Source of the DNA: Octopus vulgaris | Taxonomy: Eukaryota | Length of the DNA stretch: 64,000 nucleotides | Reading direction: 5' to 3' | Assembly (NCBI GenBank): GCA_951406725.2 | Contig: OX597816.1 | Location: 87,978,001-88,042,000 of the forward strand | Shown here: positions 13,545-28,050 of the stretch, piece after piece | Layout of the letters: every line of letters begins with the position of its first letter | How positions within the stretch are numbered: the first letter of the stretch is position 1 | Translations under genes and position numbers: made by a program | The notes under the pieces: generated by a model | What the model was told of the DNA's origin: nothing | Seen by the model: the letters and a program-made list of their open reading frames with translations, nothing else | Database searches by the model: none

Positions 13545-15737
13545 TGCAGCCATGACGAAAAATTGGACCAAACGAGAAAAAATAGATAGTTTGTCATCAG
13601 AGAAAAAAGTTTGTAGAAAAAGAACAGAAAATTCATAAAGGTGAGAATCGAAACCACTTGTGTCAAAATGCAATCAGACACGGGTAGTGACATCACTATC
13701 ATAAATAAAGAAACATAACGACAAATCGGTAAGCTGAAATTATTTAAATCAAATAAAGTAGCATATGGTGTTACAGGAAAGAAATTATATATCTTCGGCG
13801 AAAGTATTTGCAATTTAATTTTTCGGGGTAAAACGAAAAGGACAATCATTTATGTGCTGAAAAAAGTAATCACTAAACCTATTTGGCACAGAATGCATGG
13901 AGTTATTTAAAATGTGCGATATCCCCATTAGTGTTATCTGTGAAAATATAGTCGGCACGGTTAAAAGTTAGAACGAAGTCGAACAACTGAGACAAAAAAT
14001 TGAAAAATTGTTTCCAAATATTTTTTGCGGAGGATTAGGCTGTTTCGCTAAAACGAAAGCGAGGATCACGGTAAAAGAAAAGGCTACACTTGTTTTCAGG
14101 CCCAAACGCAACGTGCGTTTGGGGCGTTGGACCAGGTCAATAAAGAACTAGAAAGACTAAAAAGTCTATCTGTAATTGGAAAAGTCGACCATTCAGACTG
14201 GACAGCTCCGATGGTTTATATGTAAAGAAAAAACAACAACATTAAACTAAGAGTGTGTGCAAACTTTTCAACTGGATTGAGTGACTGTTTAGTCGAACAC
14301 AGTTATCCATCATCAAACCCAGAAGAAGTGTTCTCAAAACTAAATCGAGGAAGAGGCCTATCTATAGATACAGGTAGGGGAAGATTGCGCACACCTTTTA
14401 ACAATCAACACACACCGTGGATTGTATAAATTCAAGCGGCTTCCCTTTGGAGCAAAAGTGGCACCTGCCATATTCCAACAAGTAATGGACATAACGTTAA
14501 ATGATTGCAACTTCGCTATTGCTTCTATCGATGATATTTTGATAAAGAGTGAGTCAGTAGAGCAACACTTCGAACATTATTCGGAAAAATAAATGATTAC
14601 GGGCTTAGACTAACTGGGGGCGAAGGCCAGGCCCACCAAGGGCGACGGCAATACGGAGTATGCCTCCGCCAACGAACATAAAATTGTTACAGGCATTAAA
14701 CTACTACCAAGTATATTTCCCGAACATACACAACGCAACGAGCTGTTAAAAATAGATGCTAAATGGTTTTGGTCACAAAAATGCCAGAAGGCATTTGAGG
14801 AACTGAAAAATATGTTAACTTCAGAATTGTCGCTTTCACGCTTCGATCCGAAGTTGGAAACGATACCGGCAACAGATGCTAGTGAGTACGGAGTAGTGCC
14901 GTACTCCTGTACAGATGTGAAGATGACAGCCAAAAGCTATAGCGCACGCGTCATGGACGCTGTCGCCAGCGGAAAAAAAATTATAGCCAAATTGAAAAAG
15001 AGGCATTGGCGATTATATTTGGCATAAAAAAAGTTCCACGGGTTTATACATGGTAGACAGTTTAGACTACAAAGGGACCATCGCCTTTGCTAGCGATTTA
15101 TGGATCCAAGAAAGGAATCCTAGGTTGCAGCGATGGGGCAGCATATTACTAAACTATGAATACACGATGGAATATTTAACTTCGAAAAAGCTAGGAAATG
15201 CTGACGACTTATCTAGGTTAATACCCAGAAATGGCGAAACATTCGAGGACACAGTAATAGCAGTCCTAAGAGCCGAAGGGGAAATTAAACACATAATGTA
15301 GAACATTGTACAAGAGTTACCAATAACGCTGGAGGAGATAAAGCGTCACGCGTCAAAAGATAGGGTCTTTAATGAAAAAAAAAACAACTCTGTAGCCAAC
15401 TAAAGAAAACAAAAATAGGTTTAGTAAGAAAAAAACAGCAACAGGTAAACATATATTTAACATGGTAGTGGTACCTGAAACTTTACAAAAAAAATTGTTG
15501 AAAGAATTCCATATTGGACATCCGGGGATTGCAAGGATGAAAGCACTTATGTGTATTGGCTGAAGATGGACGAGGAAGTTAAAACCTAGTAAAAGGCTGC
15601 AGAGGATGTGCTCTGGCAATGAAATTGCCTTCTAAAAGATGGGAGTTTTGACCAGAAGTAAAAAGTCCACGGTCAAGACTACATATCAATTTTGCGGTTC
15701 CGCTAAATAGTTATTACTACTTAGTAGTAGTTGACAG
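13545..15737 (+). mobile_element. Decayed Ty3/gypsy LTR-retrotransposon pol (PR-RT-RH-INT)
   Basis: Protease DTGS (13677), RT LPFGAKVAPAIFQ...SIDD (about 14440-14535), RNase H ATDASEYGV and SQIEKEALA, RLQRW, integrase HIGHPG..CRGC and YLVVVD; many stops and frameshifts; no LTRs identified. Confidence 0.92.
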
Positions 15738-17537
15738 AAAATAACCGGATTTTATAGAATAGATATAAGTGTGGTGTGTGTGTGTGTGTACTTATGTATG
15801 CATACAAAATAGTTTACCTCTAGTGGATGAATATTTGAACTACCAAATGGAAGGGCGATAATTCAGTATATTTGCTATGTAACACTCATTAGTGTAAACA
15901 AACTGAATACAGTAGCTACATTAATTCCTCTCGTATACATTACTTGAAAACATAGCATATCGTTACTTAATGTCGGAGTGTGATGTAAGTCCACGACTAG
16001 GAGGAATTAGTGTATAACTGGAAAAAATAAAGATGGTGTGTGTACATCATCGCACGGCCGAAACACTACATGACATACGACTGCTCTTTTAATGCTTACA
16101 ACATTAGTAGCACAAGTACCAGCCCTGCAATCACGTCTTTTATTTACTAAGATGAAATAAAGTTTGCTTGGATAAAACAACAACAATAAGAGAAATGAAG
16201 AATTTGTGACGTACAGGCGATTGTCAATACTGTTAACAATATTAATGAAGTAACATTAAATTCAATCAGTGCTGTACATCAACAATATAAGATGTGATTG
16301 CTTTAACCAAGTAGAAGATATTAGACGAATTTGATGCTGCCTGAATCAGCCGCAGAATATTATTGGCTATTAGTTAATAGACACGGCAACCATTACCACA
16401 AGCATCCACATGGATAACAATTAAAGTCGACATTACTTAAAGTAATAAAATAAAAAAAAATTAATCTATTTTAATCCAGTATCCTCCAGTTTTAGACTAT
16501 CCAACCTGTATTTTTTAAAATTTTATTGCTATCTTCATTGATTGTATACGCGAGTCAGTTATCCCCAGGCTTCTCACATTTATAGAGGCGGGTAAATATT
16601 TTTATTCTAAATCTTAAGAGTGAGTGTGAAAATGTTTGTTTGGTTGCTTAATGTGAGAGAAAATTTATAAGAACCGGTTTATCGTTTAGTTTTGTTAACT
16701 GCTGTGTTATTGTCGTTGTATGTGTCGTTAATGTTTTGTGTATTTTTCTTTAGAAATACCTGCAAGCAACCATGATTGGTTAATTGCAAGTACTCAACAA
16801 CGTGGCGAACACGGGGAGTACACGCACTGAACAACACACACAAAAATACACACGTACGCACATTCACACGCTCAAAGGCACAGACGCATACACACATACA
16901 CAACCGCATATATCACATATATAATACATGAATGTATGTATATGTATTCACATATATTTGCGTGTACATATGCTTACGTATACAAGCACACACACATATA
17001 CACACATACATAGTCTATGTATCTGTCTCTCTGTCTATATACATTCCCATATATATATATATATAGACGGAGATGTACTTGCATAGCAAGTGACCTGATC
17101 TGAGATTGTGTGCTGGAACGAAAACAATCGCAGCGTGGAAGGTGTTTATAAGCTATTTAAGAAACACAGAAAAACATATATATATGTAGGTATGTATACA
17201 GATATATATATGTATATAGATACATATATTCATACTCTGTGTGTGTGTGTGTGCGTGCGTGTTGTTGCAAGAAATCTTCATTTAAAAATGTTAGTACTTT
17301 CAAAAAGTTCGTACACGGTTTCAGATACCATGGGAAAAATAAAACATTAATAATAATCCAAAAACGAGAATGATTTCTTTCATTGTTTTACTATCCTTTT
17401 TTTTTTCATATTTCCTAACTATAAAGGTTTTATACTTTTTAATTCGGACTGTAAAGTGTTATATTGTTAGAATTTATTAAAAATTGTATATCAAACTGTG
17501 TACAATTATTTACGGATATAATCTTTTTACTTCTTCC

Positions 17538-18836
17538 ACTTGTTTCAGTTATTTGACTGTGGCCATGCTGGGGCACTACATTGAAGGGTTTTAGTTGAAC
17601 AAATGGACCTTAGGACATTTTTTTCAAAGCCTGGTGCTTATTCTATCGGTCGCTTTAGAGGAACCGCTAGGCTGCACGAACGTGAACACACTAACACTGG
17701 TTGTCAAGCTGTGATGGAGGAAAAACACCGACAAACACATACACATGCACACACATACACATACATATGAGGTCTGATTAATAAATATCCGGACTGTTGC
17801 CATAGTAACGAATCTAAAGCAAACAGAGTGAAGCCGCTGGGTAAAAGTTGACCTTAAACTCTGCTGTGCATGTGCACTAAATGTTAATGTTCTAGCTAAC
17901 TTCCACTGTTTATAGCAGTGCTTTGTAGGAAGGTGTGTAGCGTGTGATTATCGCATTGACCATGACAGGGAAAAGTTATCATGACGATACCTGTTCAGAG
18001 ACCTACACAAAGTTGCAGAAAGTGTATGGAGAGGAGTGTATGAGCTGAACACAAGAGTACGAGTGTTTCAAACGTTTCCAAAATGGCCGAAAAAATGTCG
18101 ATATTGACGAATTTTATGGGAGACCCGCAACCAGTAGAACTGAGAAAAAAGAATCGCAGATGTGCGTGCAGCTGTGAGGGAAAATCGTCGAATTATCATC
18201 CATGAGTTATCAGAGGATGTGCATATTAGTTACGATTCAGTTCAGTCCATTATCACAAATTCTGGTATGAGATGCGTGTTTGCTAAGTTTGTGCCAAAAC
18301 TGCTTTCAGCTGACCAAAAAGACACTCGGGTTTCAGTTGCACAAGATCTCCTTGATTGTGTCGAGAACGATGAAAACTTTTTGAAAACTTTGCGTAGGCC
18401 TCTGAGCAGGTATCGCCAAGCTTTTGGCAAAATTTGAGGCAGATTCTCTGTTCAACATTCTCTGTCATTGTCAATGTGACGAACACGCTCTACATACCTT
18501 CCTTTCAAGTACTGCTGTTAACAGCGGAAGTGAGCTAGAACGTTAAAACTTAGTGCGCATGCACAGCCGAGTTCATGGTCAATCTGTGCCATGCAGCTTT
18601 ACTCTGCATGCTTTAGCTTCGTCACTATGGCAACAGTCTAGATACTTATTGATCAGACCACGTATATAGTTATACACGACGAAGTTCTTTCAGTTTCCGT
18701 CTACCAAATCCACTTACAAAGCTTTGATCGGCCCGAGACTATAGTAGAAGAAGCTTACACAGAGTGCCACGCAGTGGGTCCGAACTCTTAAGCATGTGGT
18801 TCTGAAGCAAGCTTCTTACCACACAACCACACCTGC
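17538..18836 (-). mobile_element. SINE family B interrupted by the mariner derivative at 17768-18662
   Basis: 3' part at 17538-17767 and 5' part at 18663-18836 join into the family consensus. Confidence 0.85.
17768..18662 (+). mobile_element. Non-autonomous mariner made of two inverted left ends
   Basis: TA-flanked; inverted arms >200 bp; plus strand encodes a decayed HTH through FVPKLL; minus strand repeats the N-terminus MTENVEQRICLKFCQKLG. Confidence 0.9.
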
Positions 18837-20237
18837 ATTTAGGCACAATTAAAATAATTTTTTTTAGTAACGACAACTGTCCTGTATGTACTGTTTATAT
18901 ATTTTTGTATGTGATGTAGAGTGGTTTTCCGGTACTTTTTTAAGATACTGGTAGTGTATTATAAGTGAACATGATTTTCTATCTAGATATACAAATTTGC
19001 GAAATGACATGCGCTATTTGTTCCGGCTTTTTATTTTCGGCTTTCAAATCCCATGGAGGTTAAGTTTGCCTTCCATCATTTCGATGTTGATAAAATAAAA
19101 TACCAATCAACTTCGGGGGTCGATGTAATTCGCAAGAGCCCCTCTTCTTAAAACTGCTTGACTTGTACCTTCATTTGATCCCCACCATTTATATATACTT
19201 GTATCAAGCTTTTTGCTGTTGACACCCCCGAAATGATTAACCTCATCGATAATGGTGCGAAAATGTGATGACATTTGGCCGATAGCTGATGAGGGATGAG
19301 TATATCAAAGTCGCATGTGTGATTTTTCGGTGTGTTCCTTTGTTGTCACAGAATTCATGCTGTGCCAGAAAATAAGAGTAAAAACTCACTCAATGTCGAA
19401 CCAAACACTGACTTCTGCTCTAACCACTGGGCCATTGCGCCTCCACAAATATAACATATACAGCTAAATAATAGGATAGTATTTCATAAGTCATCCAATT
19501 AAAATTATCGATAACCAAAATCTAAAATACTTTACAGATCATAGAAACCTGGGAAAATTTAACTTAACGTATGTATCTGTATTACATTAAAAAGTAGTAT
19601 AAATAATCTCACAAAAATTACTACAGAGAAAAGTTATAATTAAAGTTAGTTGCGTTCAACAATGAAATGTTTCTACGTGTTCGGCACCCGGACAATTCCA
19701 AGTATCTCCGGTTGCACACACTCACTCACACACACACACACACACACGCAAACACACACAGATATACAAATACAAACAATATAACACACACACACAAGAT
19801 TTAACGTATACCGTATAGAGTAAAGCATGCATTTAGTATCAATATTTCTAAATACATAATATAATCATGCACATATGCATACGTATGTGTGTATGTATGT
19901 ATGTATATATGTGTGTATGTATTTATGTCAGGTCACTTTTGAATGCTACTGGTAACATGTAACCCAGTACAACCTGTTGCATGGCCGGGTCGTCGGCGAC
20001 TAAACAGGCAATCCCACCAAGCTTGCTTGGTGAGAGGGTGTTTATTGGTCACGAAAAGTGTATATTAGCTTGACGCTCGATGGAAGGAGAGAGGGAAAAG
20101 TTGAAAGAAGGAGGAGAAGAAGAAATCGCCAACAGACCATATGTAGTTACATTGCTATATACGATAGTGTGACTCTGGTTCGGAACTTCCACAAAACTCT
20201 CTGGAAGTTTCGAACTAGAGTCATGTGTGTGTGTATA

Positions 20238-21049
20238 CCGTATGTACACCTGTAAAAGTTGAATTTTCTAGACCATTTTTAGGTGAAATTTATGGGGGGT
20301 CGACTCTTACATGGACACTACTTTTGAGGGGCTGAAACTTAAGCTAGACTCCGAAGTACCGTATCAGTAGCAGAAGCCCAACTAATGATGATGATGATGA
20401 TTATACAAGCCTCTAAAAGATGAAATTGCATGAATGTCGACAATGAAGGAAGTAACTGTCATCTCGATAGTTTTAGGGATAATGGGATCATTAACAACTA
20501 GGTCTGAGAAATTTGTTGGAGACCTTGGGATTTGGGGTGAGGTAGTATATGCTCAGAAAATCCGCTCTGTTGAGGACAGCAAGGATTTTGAGATTAGTAC
20601 TTGGATGTCAAGTATCATGGAAAGAGACGCCTGTAAGACATTTGAAAACAGGTTTCTGTTTGCACTTGCTCAGTGCAAATGAAATCGAGATTGCAGTGAA
20701 ATAGAAAAATATGCTTGCAGCATATCCTGTGCATGCATTTTAGTAATGGTGATATAGCACCCATCAACAGATGTGTAGTGCTCACTGTTATATGGTACTT
20801 TACTATAAATACTGAGCATTCCATTATAAGCACCGTGCATTCCACCTATTGTGCAGGTCACAGAATTTTGTAACAGTATTATTTCTACGTACAATATAAT
20901 ATGGTACCTTGACCCACAAATGTTTTCCTGCTGTTCGTGAAATACTAGGGTCCACTTTTATATGGATCTATGGAAACTTCCCAATTCTTTACCCCAAAAT
21001 AGGGGTCGACGTTTACATGAGATCGACTATTACTCGAGTATATATACGG
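20238..21049. mobile_element. pogo/Tc1-type MITE, TA-flanked
   Basis: ccgtatgtacacctgtaaaagttga vs reverse complement ccgtatatatactcgagtaatagtcga; repeated subterminal ggggtcgacnnttacatg. Confidence 0.6.
20401..20705 (+). mobile_element. RLE LINE (R4/Dong-like) 3' fragment nested in the MITE
   Basis: YKPLKDEIA*M..KEVTVISIVLGIMGS...AQK/ALLRTARILRLVLG immediately after (GAT)n. Confidence 0.7.
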
Positions 21050-21081
<32 letters not shown>

Positions 21082-22813
21082 TGTATGTATGTATGTATGT
21101 ATGTATGTATGTATGTATGTATGTATGTATGTATGTATGTGTATATATAAAACGAATGAGAGACAGAAACAATCGTTTCGACCCATCTTGCATTGGACCC
21201 CTTCGCGCGACATTCTGGACAACTGGCTGTGGTGCATCCGTCGGTGCAGATGTGTTTCGTCAGGTGACTTTTCAAAAGGTACCTAGCTCAATAAAATCGG
21301 TTTCCCTTAGTTCGATTATAATACATTTCGTCATTTACCTGTAGCTGGTTGCGTACAGCGTATCGTATTTGGAATGATTTTAAACAGCATACTTCCGCGT
21401 GTATACCAAAATTTAAAACTATTACTTTATATACATGTTTGTGTGTGCGCACGTACGCGTGAGTGAGTGCATATGTACACTACATAAATGCATACAAACA
21501 TGCAAGTGTGTGTTCGTGATAAGCTAAAGGAAAATGGCGTACGATAATCAATAGTTTTGGGAACCCATGACAACCATAGAAACCAAATCATCTAGAACTG
21601 TATTGTGAGGATAGGAGGGGGTTAGTTTGCCATCCTTAATGACCTCGATATTGGATGTTTTCAAACCTGGCCATTTTTTCTTTACAGTGGAGCGACGAAA
21701 CTACGACTTGTTAACGGTATAGAAACTGAATATATGAAGAATATTCTCGCAGTATTCTTGTTGACTACTCTGATGCTATAACCAAGTTCTGCAAATCTCC
21801 TGATGGCGCACCAAAACAGAAATTTGTGCAGAAATTTGTGCAGGAGGTTACGTGGTGTAACTTGATTTTGAAAACAACATAAAGTTACAGGGCGAGGAAT
21901 TATGAATTTAATAGCAACAACCTTACAAAATATACTGTTTATATATTTCGTATGAATATAATTATCTACTGGTATTTTTACACGCTAGCAGTGAACTTGA
22001 ATTGGTTTCTATACAAATTTAAATGTGAAACTATTAAAGAATAAATTATCTTTTATTTTCCATGGTATTTGAAATAATATATCTTTCAGAGTTGAAATTC
22101 CTGGTATTTGTAATGTACGCATGGCGTAAGCACTTGCACAATAAAGATTGAAGTCGAATGTTCGTTTAAGTGTAGTTGTGTCAACGTACTGAAAACCACT
22201 TTTGTGCTGTGCGTTAAACGAATACTGCAATACACAGTTAAAAAGCATTATTGTGTAGTATTGTATATTTGCATGCTCGAACTGATCCTGGCTGCTGATT
22301 AATTATGCGGCAAGTGGAAATTTAGGTGTAAATTTCAGATGAAATATCAAGTATGTATCCCTTATATTTCAGGGCGCAGCTCACTGATTTTAGATCTAGG
22401 CTTTAAGAGTAACAGTAAGAAATTAAGAGTTAGATATCTTCATTGTTACAACTACGTAACGTCTAGAATATGAAAGATAATTTTATTGAAAGAAATTAGG
22501 TCCCTGAAGTGCATGTGTAAAACCATTGTTGGGTCTCATTCTACAAGTTTGAAAGCAAATGTACCAGGCTTTTAGAACCAGAATCGGCTGCTGGTTAGAA
22601 GTTGGGCCTGTTAAGTAAGCGGTCTGCCTCTTAGTTTGTAGGCTTAGATGGGGTTTCAAATTAAATATTAAAATTTTATTAAAGCTACATTGTCAGCCTT
22701 TTCTTTTAGAAAGCATATATGCCCGTTATTTGTATCAAAGTGATCCATTCTGTGATGTGTCACATCTTAAGACTTTTATCAGCCTTCGGTTGTACCTGCT
22801 TTATGGAATCCTC

Positions 22814-23013
22814 TATTTCTTTACTACCCACAAGGGGCTAAACACAGAGAGGACAGACAAGGAGATTAAGTCGATTACATCGACCCCAGTGCGTAACTGG
22901 TACTTAATTTATCGAACCCGAAAGGATGAAAGGCAAAGTCGACCTCGGCGGAATTTGAACTCAGAACGTAACGGCAGACGAAATACGGCTACGCATTTCG
23001 TCTGGCGTGCTAA
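22814..23013 (-). mobile_element. SINE family A, tail-1, 5' truncated
   Basis: Reverse complement matches the family consensus. Confidence 0.9.
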
Positions 23014-23399
23014 TCCGCTCTATGGAGCAAGATATGTCACCTCGGTAGAAGAGGAGCCCAGAGAAGTATTGGAAGGGTGTGTCTTTTCATCATTTGCTTG
23101 GGATTGGTCTACTCAATAAGTGACATGGAAAAGAATGCAAATAAAGAACATGGAAAAAAGAATGCAAAAAAAGAAAAAGCGAAAGGAACTTTGCCGTGTG
23201 TACTTGATTTAGGTGCCGATTCTCCGCTTGCAGTTTCAGGGGTCTCTAATTGGAATGTGTCCAGAACATAGATATATTTAAAGAATTGTAATTTAAAAAT
23301 TCTTATAAGCAAACAAAGAAAGCCTGTTATTAGTCTGCAATATTTTCTCCTCTGAAGCTTTGCGGTGACACACCCGTTATAATGCTGTTTCAGTTGATG

Positions 23400-23640
23400 C
23401 CTTTGCATTTACGATTAATGTCAACTTCGTTCTAAAGCATTCTTGCTCTATACTTCAACTTTCAGATACACTTTGTTACTTTGTTTGTAAAGTGGAGTTG
23501 TACTTGCTCTTGTATCAAAATGAATGTGTTTGCTATGCGTATCTTGTTTTAAAGGAATTTTCGGCGAGTTTGATGTATGTTTACTGGCTCTATACACAAT
23601 TTACTTTGAGAAATGCTTATTGAAAAGGGGGGAATTATTT
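23400..23640 (-). mobile_element. Penelope-like element GIY-YIG endonuclease remnant
   Basis: Minus strand IVYRA...TYIKLAENSFKTRYA*QTHSF*YKSKYNST resembles the YIGxTExxFKxRYxNHxxSF motif of PLE endonucleases. Confidence 0.6.
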
Positions 23641-24029
23641 ATATTTCTATAATTAAGTTTATTTTAAAGTGATCTGCATAGTCTTTCGAGCTACTTGATA
23701 GTGTTGAAAATTTGAAAATTCTATATTGGTTAATCAGCTTTTTACACCATAGCTACCGACTAACGTTAATGAGAAAACTCAGAAGTAACTGCTTATGAAT
23801 TCATTCAAGTAAAATAACTATATTCTTCAATAATAAAATTACATTAATTTATTTAGTAATTGCTTCCCGTTTGTCACCACCAATGTTTACAAAAATAAAC
23901 ACTCACACTCGCACGCAACCAGACGTACGCATGCACACACACACACTCACACAAACACAAATTTACGCGTGCGCACAGACATGAATTAAAACTCCTACCG
24001 TGAGTGTAAGTGTTGTAGTGTTGTATGTT

Positions 24030-25380
24030 ACATAACTGTTCTATAGATATAAGACATAATTAACCTACAGATATAAGAACTCAGCAAGACACTTTCTGGC
24101 ATTTTAAAGTTGAATGCTGACCTAACCAAGCTCATACTTTGTAGATTTCTTCTCCGCTGGAGAACTTCGATACCTATGTTGTTCGAACAGGTTTCACCGT
24201 AGGCGTCAAATGTTAATGGCAGAATTGTACTCATGCTCCACATTCTTGCCGCTTCGATAGGTAAATACATTTTCGAATAATAGAGCATGATGCATCAATC
24301 AAAAACTGAATTTTGATTTTACAAATTTCTAAATCTGGCAATATGTCTGTCTCATATAATCCCTTTCTTTGTACAAGTCACTGGTTTTAAATTAATTTCT
24401 TGCATGATTTACCTGTCTGTTTACAGTATTTTATCAAACAATTGTTGATTTTTCCTTTATCTTATTTTAATTTTAATGAACATCTTCTCCATAGTTTATT
24501 TCTTCCTGTTGCTTCTAATTATGATTTTCAAATTTTGGCACAAGGCCACCAGTTTCGATGAAGCGATACTTACTACAACTGATACTTATTTTATCGACCC
24601 CGGGAGGATGAAAGGCAAAGTAGATCTCGGCGAAATATGAACTCGGAACATAAAAGCGGACGAAATGCTGCTAAGCATTTTGCCCGGCGCGCTAACGATT
24701 CAGACAACTCACCGCCTTCCTGTCGCCTCTAATTATTGCTAGGTAATTTGCGTATTGGTTAAGTGGTTCTGACTCCACCTTTACCTGAGTTCTAAATGTC
24801 GCTGCTTTTGTGTATGTGGTATAAAACTGCTTTGTATGTGGTAGTATATAATCTTTTGTTATTTCCCTGATTGTACACTATGTATAGCAGTCGTTCTTTG
24901 TGTTCTTATTTATAAATATATTTCCATTCCAACTGTCGTTGTTCTGTAATTGGATTCCACTTATCTACTTGTGCTAAGCTTCTGTCTCCTTATTATCTTT
25001 TCTATAAAGCTGGTGGACATCTGGTTTTGGTCGTTGTGCTCGGTTCACACTGAGAAATTTCCTTGTAATATAATCCAATTTTATGTTTTCACTCACCATC
25101 CAATTTATGACGCTAATACTATACGACAGTGTAAGAATGGTGTTTGATAGTGTTTATAACGTTTTATTTATTGTTCTTTTTTTCTTTGGGAAATAAGTTT
25201 GCTTTTTAGTTTCAACTCCACAAGTTGTGCGTATTGATTTTTTAAAATGTTCTTCCAATATTTTATATTAGAATTGGTCCACCTTCAGCACGTCCAAGCA
25301 TTGTATATTTCCTGGCTTTTAAGCTGCCCTTAATGCTTCATCTATTCCTTTTGCAGTTCAGACGTTTCCTCAGTATAATT
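24030..25380 (-). mobile_element. Possible very old Penelope-like ORF remnant
   Basis: Fragmentary minus-strand CIYLSKRQECGA and RLR*NLFEQH near 24180-24275; heavily decayed, boundaries uncertain. Confidence 0.3.
24523..24718 (-). mobile_element. SINE family A, tail-2, with TSD
   Basis: Consensus match; ttcctgtYgcYtctaattat on both sides. Confidence 0.85.
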
Positions 25381-26376
25381 TAGAGACAGAGAGAGGGAAA
25401 CATACAGAAAGAGACGGAGCTAGAGAGAGAGAGAGAGAGAGAAGAATAATACGACCGTGGAAACAAGTGATATCAGAACAATCCAAAAATATAACGGCTA
25501 GTAAAATTCATAATCTTTGATTGGTTCGTGTGCTGTGCTGAGAACTGAGAACTGGCGTTTTGGGTAGAATTCTTTGCTTCTTCAAATTTTGTTCAAGAAA
25601 TTCGCATGAAACACTAGAACTCACATCTTCCTATAGCACACGAACGTACTTAAAACTTTATAAGTGGTTATGAGAAGCTGACATATTTTTCTACTCAAAA
25701 TTCTGTCGCTGTAGTTTTGCTGAATATTTATTAGAACATATATGTTAGTCATGATATCTATTGACTTCTAACAGCTGATAGATACTCTATTGTATCACGA
25801 TGTCGTTCCCCACTTTCTATATTTCCACCTTTTATGAGTTTTTTTCTGTTTATTTCTCATCCATCACAATACTAAAAATATTTACATTCAGAACTCCTGT
25901 TGGTTTTCTGATAACGTATTTAAATTTCAGTTTCCACTATTGTTAAATCTTTTGTTCTTTCCCAATTTGTTTTTACACCAAACCTTACTGAACTACGCAA
26001 GCAGCATTATAAAACAGCTGCCAAGACTGATGAAATGTGTTCAATAGTATTTTGTTATGCTATCCGCTTTTTGTAATTACTTTATTTCCCTTTCTTTCTG
26101 TCTACATACTCTTGGCTAAGTGGTGCTTGCAATTATTCAATTTGCTACCGTTTCTCTAAGTTTCGATACGGTTTTGGGTTACCAGCAAAACCGTTTACAG
26201 TTCGTATTGTTTCACTCAACATTTAAAGTCTAACTCGCAGTAAACGAGAGTCAAAATTTATTTATCAGTCACTGTTGTAAGCAGTGGGCGCACAATGTAA
26301 ATACTGAGTGTTTCTTTCGCTCTGTATTTTCAATTCAAACCTCTCAGTAAATGAGCTTCCGAATGATGATCTTACC

Positions 26377-26429
<53 letters not shown>

Positions 26430-26988
26430 TATACACACATATGTATATATGCGTGTGTGCGTGTTTATATACCCATCTAAGTATCTTATATAATTTCCCT
26501 AAAATACGCAAACAACAAAATCTTACCACACACTTTCAAAACCAGAACAATTATATGAAGCACGTTCACACTTGGTCACCGCATCAATAATTGCACACGT
26601 TTCTCCTGATTACAACCAATATCTCCATTAATTAAATATTTCTCATTTACCACATTTAATCCTTAGTAACACATATTCTGTCCCTATCAAGTTCTTGATC
26701 ATAAGGAGAATTACATATCATGTACATACGATATTACTTTTACCTTCTCACTTCATTTTCCGAGGATAATCTCGCTTGATCTCTTTCCTTTGCATTTTTT
26801 TTTATCACATATATTTGTTCATTTACATGTGAACGGGTATATTAAAAATCCCCCTCTGTTTTCATGCTAAATGCCCGCAACCATCTCTTCTTCACCACAT
26901 CCTCATTTTCTGATTGTTATTTTACATAACACCCAGTTGTGTTATCAGAATATATTTCACTTCCTTCTACGTTCTATTTTCTCTTCAA

Positions 26989-27092
26989 ATTATTATTATT
27001 ATTATTATTATTATTATCATTATTACTATTATTATTATTATTATAATAATAATAATAATTATTATTATTATTATTATTATTATCATTATTAC

Positions 27093-27132
<40 letters not shown>

Positions 27133-27218
27133 ATTATTATTATTATTATCATTATTACAGTGATCGTTGTAGCTGTTGTTATCAGAACAGCTTATTGCTG
27201 GTGCTGCTGCCGCTGCCG

Positions 27219-27289
<71 letters not shown>

Positions 27290-27299
27290 GCTACTACTA
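26989..27299. repeat. Compound (TAT)n / (TAC)n microsatellite
   Basis: Direct inspection. Confidence 0.95.
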
Positions 27300-27869
27300 T
27301 TTCGCATAATAAATATTCATTCAGTTTTGACATTTGCGAAAATGGTATTCGAAATATCAAATAATTTTAACATTTACTGATTTCTCAGGGAGAGAATACG
27401 GAAGAGAAAATGAAAGAGAGGAAGTAAGAGAAAGACACAGAAAGTGACTGGGTGAGCAAGAGAGAGAGACAGAGAGAGAGAAAGAGACAGAGAGTAGAGA
27501 GAGCAAAAGGGAATGAGGTAAAGAGAGAGATAACGATGAAGATAATGATGATGTAGAGAATTAAGAGAAAGACGAAACGTCACATAATATATTGTCATTC
27601 GCTAGTCCCTCTCTTAATAAAATGTCTCGATTTATTTCTATTTGTTTCCGGCTAATTGTCTTATTATATTTCTCTTTATTTACCTAAATGTATCCATCCC
27701 TATCTCTCCCTGTTCCCCGTTCTTTCCCTTGCTCTCTCTCTCTCTCTCTCTCAATTTATATGCTCCACTCCGACATATATGTGTGTAAATATATGTATGC
27801 AGCTATGTATGTATGTATGTATGCATACATTTATTTATATAAATCTATATATGAATATGCGCGTGTGTG

Positions 27870-28050
27870 TGTGTATGTGCATACACATATAAATATATAT
27901 ATATATGCCTTTATGTATATATATGTATGTGCATACATATATAAATATATATATATATATATGCCTTTATGTATATATATGTATGTGCATACATATATAA
28001 ATATATATATATATGCCTTTATGTATATATATGTATATATATTTATATAT
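27870..28050. repeat. ~50-bp minisatellite built from AT/GT microsatellite, about 3 copies
   Basis: atatgcctttatgtatatatatgta recurs three times. Confidence 0.8.

Noticed and set aside
12700-16100. LTR pair around the gypsy pol
   Set aside because: No matching direct repeats, PBS or PPT found by eye.
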